A stretch of DNA of 64,000 nt from the human T2T-CHM13v2.0 reference genome, Homo sapiens, in NCBI RefSeq assembly GCF_009914755.1, contig NC_060946.1; one strand, 5' to 3'. The position numbers and the translations under genes were made by a program. Of the stretch, positions 16,971 through 28,700 are shown piece by piece; positions within the stretch are counted from its first letter, which is position 1, and each line of letters begins with the position of its first letter. The notes below the pieces were generated by a model. The model made no database searches and had not been told where the DNA came from. It saw nothing but the letters and a program-made list of their open reading frames with translations.

Positions 16971-19900
16971 TTTATATGAAGACATTTCCTATTTCACCAT
17001 AGGCTCCAAAGTGCTCACAAACTTCCCTTTGCAGATTCTACAAAAGGACTCTTTCCAAACTGCTCAATCCAAGGAAAGTTTCAACTCTGTGACATGAATG
17101 CATACATCACAAAGAAGTTTCTCAGAATGCTTCTGTCTAGTTTTTATGTGAAGAAATTTCCTGTTCACCATAGGCCTGAAACACTGCAAATATCTATCTT
17201 CAGATTCTACAAAAGACTGTTTCCAAACTGCTCAATCAAAAGAAAAGTTCAACTCTGTGAGATGAATGCACACATTACAAAGAAGTTTCTCAGAAAGCTT
17301 CTGTCTAGTTTTTTTTGTGAAGATATTCCCTATTTCACCATAGGCCTGAAAGGGTTCACAAATATCCTTTTGCATATTATACAAAAAGTCTGTCTCCAAA
17401 CTGCTCAATCAAAAGAAAGTTTCAACTCTGTGTGATGAATGCACACATTACAAAGAAGTTTCTTAGAATGCTTTTGTCTAGTTTTTATATGAAGATACTT
17501 CTCTCACAATAAGCCTTAAATGGCTCAGAAGTATCCCTTTGCAGATTGTACAAAAAGACTGTTTCCAAACTGCTCAATCAAAATAAAGTTTCAACACTGT
17601 GAGATGAATGCACACATCACAAAGAAGTTTCTCAGAAATCTGTTAAGATTTCATGTGAATATATTTCCTTTTTCACCATAGGCCTCAACGGGCTCAGAAG
17701 TATCCCTTTGTAGATTCTACAAAAGGTCTGTTTAGAAAACTGCTCAATCCAAAGAAAAATTCAACTCTGTGAGATGAATGTACACATCTCAAATAAGTAA
17801 GTTTCTCACAATGGATCTGTCGAGGTTTTCTGTGAAGATATATACTTTTTAACCATAGTCCTTAAACTGTTCATGAATATCCCTCTGCAGATATTACAAA
17901 AAGACTGTTTGCAAACTGCTGCAACCAAAGAAATGTTCAACTCTGTGAGATGAATACACGCATCACAAAGAAGTTTTTCAGAATGCTTCTGTCTGGTTTT
18001 TATGTGAAGATATTTCGTATTTCACCATAGGCTGTAAAGGGCTCACAAATATCCATTTGCATATTCAAAAAAAAGACTGTTTCCAAACTTTTCAAACTAA
18101 AGAAAGGTTCAACTCTGTGAGATGAATGCACACATCAGAAAGAGGTTTCTCAGAATGCTTCTGTCTGGTTTTTAGGTTTTTATGTGAAGAAATTTCCTTT
18201 TTCATCTTAGGACTCAGTGGGCTCAGAAATATCCCTTTGCAGATTCTACAAAAGGACAGTTTAGCAAACTGCTGAATCCAAAGAAAGATTCAACTCTGTG
18301 AGATGAATGCACACACCACAAAGAAGTTTTGCAGAATACATCTGTCTAGTTTTTCTGTGAAGATATTTCTTTTTTCACCATAGGCCTCAAAGCACTCCAA
18401 ATACCCATTTGTAGATTCTACAAAAAGAGTGTTTCCACACTACTCAATCAAAACAAAGGTTCAACCCTGTGACACGGAAGCAAACATCACAAAGAAGTTT
18501 CTCAGAAAGCTTCTGTCTAGTTTTTATGTGAAGGTATTTCCTATTTCACCATGGGCCATATAGCGCTCACAAATATTTTTTTGCAAATTCTACAAAAAGA
18601 CTGTTTCCAAACTGCTCAATCCACAGAAAGTTTCAACTCTGTGAGATGAACGGACACACCACAAAAAAAGTTGGTCAGAATGCTTCTATCTAGGTTTTAT
18701 GTGAAGACATTTCTTTTTCACCCTAGGCTTCGATAGGCTCAGAAATATCCCTTTGCAGATTCTACAAAAGGACTGTTTCCAAACTGCTCAATCGAAGAAA
18801 GGTTCAACTTTATGAGATGAATGCACACATCACATAGATGTTTCTCACAATCGTTCTATTTTTTATGTGAAAGTATTTCCTTTTTCACCACAGGCCTCAA
18901 AGTGCTCCAAACATCCATTTGCTGATTCCATAAAAAGACTGTTTCCAAACTCCTCAATCAAAGAAGGATTCAACTGTATGAAATGAATGCACACATCACA
19001 GAGATGTTTTTCACAATGCTTCTGTCTATTTTTTATGTGAAGGTATTTCCTTTTTCACCATAGGCCTCAAAGCGCTCCAAACATCCACTTGCTGATTCCA
19101 CAAAAAGACTCTTTCCAAACTGCTCAATCAAAAGAAAGGTACAACTCCGTGTGTTGAAAGAACACATCACAAAGAAGTTTCTCAGAAAGCTTCTGTCTAG
19201 TTTTTCTTTGAGTATATTTCCTGCATAAAGGGCTCAAAAATATTTTTTGCAGATTCTACAAAAAGACTGTTTCCAAACTGCTCATTCCAAAGAAAGGTTC
19301 AACTCTGTGAGATGAATGGACACAAGACAAAGAAGTTTGTCAGAATACTTCTGTCTAGGCTTCATGTGAGATATTTTCTTTTTCACCATAGTCCTCAAAG
19401 TGCTCCAAATATACATTTGCAGATTCTACAAAAAGTGTGTTTCCAAACTGCACAATCAAAAGAAACGTTCAACTCTGTGAGATGAAAGCACACATCGCAA
19501 ATAAGTTTCTCAGAAATCTTCTGACTAGTTTTTATGTGAAGATATTTCCTATTTCACCATAGGCCTCAATGGGCTCACAAATATCCCTTTGCAGAATCCA
19601 CAAAAGGACTGTTTTGAAACTGCTCAATCAGAAGAAAGTTTCAACTCTGTGAGATGAATGCATACATCACAAAGAAGTTTCTCAGAATGCTTCTGTCTAG
19701 TTTTTAGGTGAAGATATTTCCTTTTTCACCATAGGCGTCAAAGTGCTCCAAATATCCATTTGCATATTCTACAAAAAGGCTGTTTCCAAACTCCTCAATC
19801 AAAAGAGAGGTTCAACTCCGTGAAATGAAAGCACATTTCATGAAGAAGTTTCTCAGAATGCTTCTGTCTAGTTTTTATGTGAAGATATTTCCTACTTCAC

Positions 19901-20834
19901 CTTAGGCCATAAAGGGCTCACAAATATCCCTCTGCAGATTCTAGAAAAGGACTCTTTTCAAACTGCTCAATCAAAAGAAAGGTTCAAATCTGTGAGATGA
20001 ATGCACACATCACAAAGAAGATTCTCCGAAAGCTTCTGTCCACTTTTTATGTGAAGATATTTCCCTTTTCACCATACCTATCAAAGCGCTCAAAATATCC
20101 CTTTTCAGATTCTCAGAAAAGACTGTTTCCAAACTTCTCAATCAAAAGAATGGTTCAAATCTGTGAGATGAATGCATATATCACAAAGAAGTTTCTCTGA
20201 AATCTTCTGTGTAGTTTTTATGTGAAGACATTTCCTTTTTTTACCATAGGTCTCAAGCCACTCACAAATATCCCTTTGCAGATTTTACAAGAACAGTTTC
20301 CAGACTCATCAAACAATAGAAACTTTTCTCTCTGAGACAAGTGCACACCTTGCAAAACAGCTTCTCAGAAACATTCTTTATAGTTTTTATTGAAGATATT
20401 TCCTTTTTCACCATAGGCCTCATAGAGCTGACAAATATCCCTTTGCAGTTTCTACAAAAAGTCTGTTTACAAACTGCTCAATCAAGAGAATGGTTCAACT
20501 CTGTGAGATGAATGCACACATCACAAAGAGGTTTCTCTGAAAACTTCTGTCTAGTTTTTATGTGAAGATATTTCCTTTCTCACCATAGGCCTCAAAGGGC
20601 TCACAAATATACCATTGCAGATTCTACAAATTGACAGTTTTCAAACTGTTCAGTCAAAAGACTGTTTCAACTATGTGAGATGAATGCACACATGACAGGG
20701 AGGTTTCTCAGAGAACTTCTGTCTATTTATTATGTGCAGGTATTTCCTTTTTCACCAAAGACCTCAAAGTGCTCACAAATATCTCCTTGCAGATTCTACA
20801 AGAACAGAGTATCCAAACTGATTAATCAAAAGAA
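16958..20834. repeat. Divergent/monomeric alpha satellite
   Basis: 171-bp monomers in the same orientation as the HOR, with several small indels. Confidence 0.93.
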
Positions 20835-20841
20835 TGCATCA

Positions 20842-21998
20842 CATAAAATCTCTAGAAGAAAACCCAGGCAATAACATTCAGGACATAGGTATGGGCAAGG
20901 TCTTCATGTCTAAAACACCTAAAGCAATGGCAACAAAATCCACAATTGACAAATGGGCTCTCATTAAACTAAGGAGCTTCTGCACAGCAAAAGAAACCAC
21001 CATCAGAGTGAACAGGAATCCTATAGAATGGGAGAAAAAATTTGCAACCTACTCATCTGACAAAGGGCTAATATCCTGAATCTACAATGAACTCAGACAA
21101 ACTTACAGGAAAAAAAACAAACAACCCCATCAAAAAGTGGGCGAATGATATGAACAGACATTTCTCAAAAGAAGACATTTATGCAGCCAATGAACAAATG
21201 AAAAAATGCTCATCTTCACTGGCCATCAGAGAAATGCAAGTTAAAACCACAATGAGATACCATCTCACACCAGTTAGAATGGTGATCATTAAAAAGTCAG
21301 GAAACAACAGGTGCTGGAGAGGATGTGAGAAATAGGAACACTTTTGCACTGTTGGTGGGAATGTAAACTAGTTCAACCATTGTGGAAGTCGGTATGGCGA
21401 TTCCTCACGGATCTAGAACTAGAAATACCACTTGACCCAGCCATCCCATTACTGGGTATATACCCAAAGGATTATAAATCATGCTGCTATAAAAGCATAT
21501 GCACATGTATATTTGTAGTGGCACTATTCACAATAGCAAATACTTGGAACCAACCTAAATGTCCAACAACGATAGACTGGATGAAGAAAATGTGGCACAT
21601 ATACAACATGGAACACTATGCAGCCATAAAAAATGATGAGTTCATGTCCTTTGTAGGGACATGGATGAAGCTGGAAACCATCATTCTCAGCGAACTATCG
21701 CAAGGACAAAAAATAAAACACCACACTTCCTCACTCATAGTTGGGAATTGATCAAAGAGAACACATGGACACAGGAAGGGAAACATCACACACAATACAT
21801 CAGGGATTGTAGTCGGGTTGGGGGAGGGGGAGGGGGAGGGATAGCATTAGGAGATATACCTAATGCTAAATGATGAGTTCTTGGGAGCAACACACAAACA
21901 TAGCACAAGTATACATATGTAACAAACCTGCACATTGTGCACATGTTCCCTAAAACTTAAATTATAATAATAATAAAAGTAAATAATTAAAAAATAAA
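20842..21998 (+). mobile_element. 5'-truncated LINE-1, L1PA4-like (ORF2 C-terminus, 3'UTR and A-rich tail)
   Basis: Fragments [16 protein letters not shown]..., [10 protein letters not shown]..., [14 protein letters not shown]...SLIVGN* (ends 21751), broken by a stop and frameshifts. The 3'UTR has older-type bases (CATTAGGAG, GCTAAATGA, AACAAACCTGCACATTG). Subfamily call is from remembered diagnostics and is approximate. Confidence 0.92.
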
Positions 21999-22011
21999 CC
22001 CAGAGCTCCAC

Positions 22012-22790
22012 AAAAAAAGAAAAAGGTTCAACTCTATGAGATGAATACATAAATCACAAATAAGTTCCTCAGAAAACTTCTGTCTACATTTTATATGAAG
22101 ATATTTCCTTTTTCACCATAGGCCTCAAAGCGCTCACAAATATCCCTTTGCAGATTCTACAAGAAAAGAGTTTCCCATCTACTCAATGAAAAGAAACATT
22201 TACCTCTGTGAGATGAATGCACACATTACAAAGTAGTTTCTCAGAAACCTTCTGTATAGTTTTTATGTGAAAATATTTCCTTTTTCCCCATAGGACGCAA
22301 AGCGCTCATAAATATCCCTTTGCTGATTCTACAAAAAGACTGTTTCCAAACTGCTCAATCAAAAGAATGGTTCAACTGTTTGAGAGGAATGCACACATAA
22401 AACAGAAGTGTCTCAGAAAGCTTCTGTCTAGTATTCATGTGAAGATATTTCCTTTCTCACCATTGGCCTCCAATTGTACACAAATATCCCTTTGCAGATT
22501 CTACAGAAAGACTGTTTCCAATATGCTAAATCAATAGAAAGGTTCAAGTCTGTGAGATGAATTCAAACATCACAGAGCAGTTTCTCAGAAACCATCTTTC
22601 TAGTTTTTCTGTGAAGATATTTCCTTTTTCACCTCAGGATTCAAAGCGCTCACAAATATCCTTTTGTAGATTCTACAAAAAGACGGTTACCAAACTGCTC
22701 AATCAAAAGAATGGTTAAACTCTGAGAGATGAATGCACATACCACAAAAAAGTTTCTAATAAATCTTCTGTCTAGTTTTTATGTGAAGAT
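22012..22790. repeat. Monomeric alpha satellite (~4.5 monomers), terminal block
   Basis: Resumes at AAAAGGTTCAACTC after the L1 and ends at ...TTTTTATGTGAAGAT. Confidence 0.93.
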
Positions 22791-25700
22791 CGGTGTGCAG
22801 TGGAATGAAATGGAATGGAACAGAATGGAAGGGAAGGGAATGGACTGGAGTGGAATGGAACAGAGTGGAGTGGAGTGGTGACCATAGGAGTGGAGTGGAG
22901 AGGAGTGGAACGGAATGTAGTGGATTTGAAAGGAATGGAATGGAATGGAGTGGAGTGGAGAGGAGTGGAGTCGAATGGAATGGAGTGGAGTGGAATGGGA
23001 TGGAGTGGAGTGGAGAGGAGTGGATTAAAGTGGAGTGGAGTGGATTGGAGTGGAGTGGAGTTGAATGGAGTGCAATGAAATGGAACAGAATGGAATGGAG
23101 TGGAAAGGAACAGAATAGAGTGGAATGGAAAGGAGTGGAGTGAAGTGGAAAGGAATGGAATAGAGTGGAATGGGATGGAGTTGAGTGGAAAGGAGTGGAA
23201 TGGAGTGAAATGGAGTGTAGTGGAATGGAGTGTAGTGGAATGGAGTGCAGTGGAATGGAATGGAATAGAATGGAATGGAATGGAATGAAAAAGAACGGAA
23301 CAAAGTGGAGTGGAGTGCAGTTGAGTGGAGTGGATCGGAGTGGACTAGAATGGAATGGAACGAAAAGGAATGGAATGGAATGGAATGGAATGGCATGGTA
23401 TGGAATGGAATGGAATGCAATGGAATGGAATAAAATGGTGAAATGTAACATGAGCTAAGATTGTGCCACTGCACTACAGTCTGGGTGACAGAGTTGCATC
23501 CAATCGAAATGAAGGAATGGAATGCAATGGAGTAGAGGGGAATGGAAGGGATTGGAGTGGAATGGAATGGAATGGAATAGAGTGGAATGGAGTGGAGTGT
23601 ATAGGAATGGAATGGAGTGGAAGGGAATGAAATGGAATGGAGTAGAATGGAATGGAAGGAAGTGGAATGGAGTATAATGGAGTGGAGTGGAATGGAGTAG
23701 AATGCAATAGAAAGGAATGGAGTGGAATTGAATGGAATGCAATTGAGTGGAATGGAGTGGAGTGGAGTGCAGTGGAATGGAGTGGAATGGAGTGGAGTGG
23801 AATGGAATCGACTGGAATGGAATGGAATGGTACAGAATGGAACGGGACAGAGTAGAATGGAGTGGAGCTGAGTGGAGTGTAGTGGAGTTGAATGGAGTTT
23901 AATGGAGTGCAGTGGAATGGAATGGAATGGAGGGGAGTGGAGTGGAGTGGGGTGGAGTGGAGTGGAGTGGAGCGGAGTGGAGTGGACTGGAATGGAGTAG
24001 AATGGAGTGGAATGGAATGGAGTGGAGTGGAATGGAATGGAAAGGAATTGAATGGAACGGAATGGAATGGAACAGAAGGGAATGGAGTGGAGTGGAGTAG
24101 TGTGGAGTTGAGTGTAGTGGATTGCAGTGCAGCTGAAAGGAATGGAAGGGAAAGGAATTGAATGGAGTGGTGTGGAATGGAATGGAATGGAATGGAATGG
24201 AATGGAAAAGATTGGAGTGGATTGGAGTGGAGTGGAATGGAGAGAACTGGAAACTGATGGAATGGAATGGAGTGGAGTAAGGTGGAGTGGAGTGGAATGG
24301 AATAAAATGGAAAGAAATGGAATGGAATGGAATGGAATGGAATGGAATGGAATGGTGAAATGTAATGTTAGCTAAGATTGTGTCACTGCACACCAGTCTT
24401 GGTGTCAGAGTGAGATCCAATCGAAATAAAGGAATGGAATGGAATGGAGTAGAAAGATATGGAAAGGAGTGGATGCGAATGGAAAGGAGTGGAATTGATT
24501 GGAGTGGAGTGGAGTGGAGTGGATTGGAATGGAATAGAGGGGAGTGGAGTGGAGTGGAATGGAGTGGAAAGGAGTGAAATGGAGTGGAATGGAATGGAGT
24601 GGAGCGGAATGGAATGGAGTGGAATGGAAAGGAATGGTACGGAATGAAATGGAACAGAATGGAACGTATTGGAAAAGAGTGAAGTGGAGTGGATTGGATC
24701 ACAGTTGAAAGAATGGAATGAAATGGAATTAGATGGAGTGGAGTGGAATGGAATGGAATGGAATGGAGTGGAGTGGAGTGGAGTGGAATGGAGAGAACTG
24801 GAAACAGATGGAATGGAAAGGAGTGGAGTGAAGTAGAGTGGAGTGGAATGGAGTAGAATGGAATGGAATGGAATGGAATGGAATGGAATGGAATGGAATG
24901 GTGAAATGTAATGTTAGCTAAAATTGTGTCACTTTACTCCAGTCTGGGTGTCACAGTGAGATCCAATCGAAATAAAGGAATGGAATGGAATGGAGTAGAA
25001 TGGAATGGAATGGAATGGAGTGGATAGGAATTGAACAGATTGGAATGGAGTGGAGTGGAGTGGATTGGAATGGAATGGAGGGGAGTTGAGTGGAGTGGAT
25101 TGGATTGGAATGGAATGGAGGGGAGTGGAGTGGAGTAGATTGGATTGGAATGGAATGGAGGGGAGTGGAGTGGAGTGAAGTGGAATGGAGTGGAAACGAG
25201 TGAAATGGAGTGGAATAGAATGGAGCAGAATGGAACGGAATGGTAAGGAATAAAATTGAATGGAATGGAACGTATTCAAGTGGAGTGCAGTGGAGTTGAG
25301 TGGAATGGAATGGAGTGCAATTGAATAGAATGGAATGGAACGAAATTGAAAGGAGTGAAGTGGAATGGAATGGAATGGAATGGAGTGGATTGGAGTGGAG
25401 TGGAGTGGAGTGGAATGGAGAGAACTGGAAACTGATGGAATGGAATGGAGTGGAGTGAAGTGGAGTGGAGTGGAATGGAACATAATGGAAAGGAATGGAA
25501 TGGAATGGAATGGAATGCAATGGAATGGAATGGAATGTTGAAATGTAATGTTAGCTAAGATTGTGTCACTGCACTCCAGTTTGGGTGTCAGAGTGAGATC
25601 TAATCCAAATAAAGGAATGGAATGGAATGGAGTAGAATGGAATGCAATGGAGTGGATTGGAATGGAACGGAGTGGAATGGAGTGGAGTCGAGTGGATTGG

Positions 25701-28700
25701 AATGGAACAGAGGGGAGTAAAGTGGAATGGAGTGGAAAGAAGTGAAATAGAGAGGGATGGAATGGAATGGAGGGGAATGGGACTGAACAGTATGGAACGA
25801 AATGGAATGGAATGGAAGGTATTGGAGTGGAGTGCCGTGGAGTTGAGTGGAGTGGATCAGAGTGTAGTGGAATGGAGTAGAATGGAATGGAATTGAGTGG
25901 AGTGGAGTGGAGTGAGTGTAATGGAATGGAATGGAGTTGAAAGGAATGGAATCGTGAAATGAAATGAGAGCTAAGACTTCGCCACTGCACTCCAGTCTGG
26001 GTGACAGAGTGAGATTCAGTTGAAATAAAGGAATCGAATGGAATGGAATAGAATAGAATGGAACGGAGGGGAGTGGAGTGAAGAGCGGTGGATTGGAGTG
26101 GAATGGAGGCGAATGGAATGGAGTGGAGTGGAATGGAATGGAATGGAACAGAGTGGAATGGAATGGAATGGAACAAAGTTGAGTGGGGTGGAGTGTAGTT
26201 GAGTGGAGTGGATCGCAGTGGACTGGAATGGAATGGAATGGAATGGCATGGTATGGAGTGGAGTGGAGTGGAGTGGAGTGGAATGGAATGGAATGGAATG
26301 CAACGGAATGGAATGGAATGTTGAAATGTAATGTGAGCTAAGATTGTCCAACTGCACTACAGTCTGGGTGACAGAGTTACATCCAATCGAAATAAATGAA
26401 TGGAATGGAAAGGAGTAGAGTGGAATTGAATGGGGTGGAGTGGAATGGAACGGAATGGAAAGGAGTGGAATGGAGTGGAGTGGACAGTAATGGAAAGGAG
26501 TGGAATGGAGTGGAGAGGAATGGAGTGGAAGGGAATGAAATGGAATGGAGTAGAAGGGAATGGAATGGAATGGAATGAATTGGATTCGAGTATAATGAAA
26601 TGGAGTGGAGTGGAATGGACTGTATTGGAATGGAGGGGAATGCAGCGGAATGTAATGGAGTGGAATGGAATGGAGTGCAATTGAGTGGAAAGGAATGGAG
26701 TGCAGTGGAGTGGAGTGCAGTGGAATTGAGTGTAATGGCGTGGAATGGAGTGGAAAGGAATGTAGTGGAGTGGAATGGAGTGGAGTGGAATGGAATGGAA
26801 TGGTACAGAATGGAACGGAACAGAATAGAATGGAGTGGAGTTGAGTGGAGTGTAGTGGAGTTGAGTGGAGTGGACCAGAGTGCAGTGGAATGGAATGGAG
26901 TGGAGTGGAGTGGAATGGAGTAGAATGGAGTGGAATGGAATGGAGTGTAGTGGAATGGAATGGAATAGAACGGAATGGAATTGAAAGGAATGGAACGGAA
27001 GGGAAAGGAGTTGAGTGAACTAGTGTGGAGTTGAGTGGAGTGGATTGGATTGCAATTCAATGGATTGGAATGGAATGGAGTGGAGTGGAATGGAATGGAA
27101 TGGAATGGAATGGAATGGAATGGAATGGAATGGAATGGATTTGAGTGGAGTGCAGTGGAGTGGAATGGAGAGAACTGGAAACTGACGGAATGGAACAGCG
27201 TGGATTAAAGAGGAGTGGAGTGGAATGGAATGGAATGGAATGGATTGGTGAAATGTAATGTTAGCTAAGATTGTGTCACTGCACTCCAGTCTGGGTGTCA
27301 GAGTGAGATCGAATCAATATAAAGGAATGGAATGGAACAGAGTAGAATGGAATAGAATGGAATGGATGGAAATGGAAAGGAAGTGGAATGGAGTGGGGTG
27401 GAGTGGATTGGAATGGAATGGAGGGGAGGGGAGTGGAGTGGAGTGGTAAGGAGTGGAAAGGAGTGAAATGGAATGGAATGGAATGTAGTGGAGTGGAAAG
27501 GAATGGAGTGGAAAGGAACACAACGAAACGAAATGAAATTGAATGGAATGTATTGGAGTGGAGTGCAGTGGAGTTGAGTGGAATGGATTGGAGTGCAAGT
27601 GAATGGAATGGAATGGCATGGAGTGGAATGGAATGGAATGGAATGGAATGGAATGGAATGGAATGGATTCGAGTGGAGTGGAGTGGAGAAGTGGAATGGA
27701 GAGAACTGGAAACTGAGGGAATAGAATGGAGTGGAGTGAAATGGAGTGAAGTGGAATGGAATAGAAGGGAAAGGAAAGGAATGGAATGGAATGGAATGCA
27801 ATGGAATGGAAGGGAATGGAATGGTGAAATGTAATGTTAGATAAGATAGTGTCACTGCACTCCACTCTCGGTGTCAGAGTGAGATACAATCCAAATAAAG
27901 GAATGGAATGGAATGGAATACAATGGAATGGAATGGTGTGGATGGGAATGGAACGGAGTGAAATGGAGTGGAATGGAGGAGAGTGGATTGGAATGGAACG
28001 GAGGGGAGTGGAGTGGAGTGGAGTAGAATGGAGTGGAAAGGAGTCGAAAGGAGTGAAACGGTGTGGAATGGAATGGAGTGGTGTGGAATGGAATGGAGGG
28101 AAAAGGAACAGAACGTTACAGAATGAAATGGAAAGGAATGGAAAGTATTGGAGTGGAATGCAGTGGAGTTGAGTGGAGTGGAGTGGAGTGATAAGGAGTG
28201 GAAAGGAGTGAAATGGAATGGAAAGAAATGTAGTGGAGTGGAAAGGAATGGAGCGGAAAGGAACACAACGAAACGAAATGAAATGGAATGGAATGTATTG
28301 GAGTGGAGTGCAGTGGAGTTGAGTGGAGTGGATTGGAGTGCAAGTGAATAGAAAGGAGTGGAGTGGAATGGAATAAAATGGAATGGAATGGAATGGAATG
28401 GAATGGAATAGAATGGAATGGAATGGAATCGATAGGAGTGCAGAGGAGTGGAGTGGAGTGGAATGGAGAGAACTGGAAACTGATGGAATGGAATGGAGTG
28501 GAGTGAACTCTGGAGTGGAGTGGAATGGAATATAATGGAAAGGAATGGAATGGAATGGAATGGAATGGAATGGAATGGAATGGAATGGAGTGGTGAAATG
28601 TAATGTTAGCTAAGATTGTGTCACTGAACTCCATTCTGGGTGTCAGAGTGAGATCCAAACCAAATAAAGGAATGGAATGGAATGGAGTAGAATGGAATGG

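Noticed and set aside
21813-21841. G-quadruplex-like G-run
   Set aside because: Standard L1 3'UTR polypurine tract, already explained by the L1.
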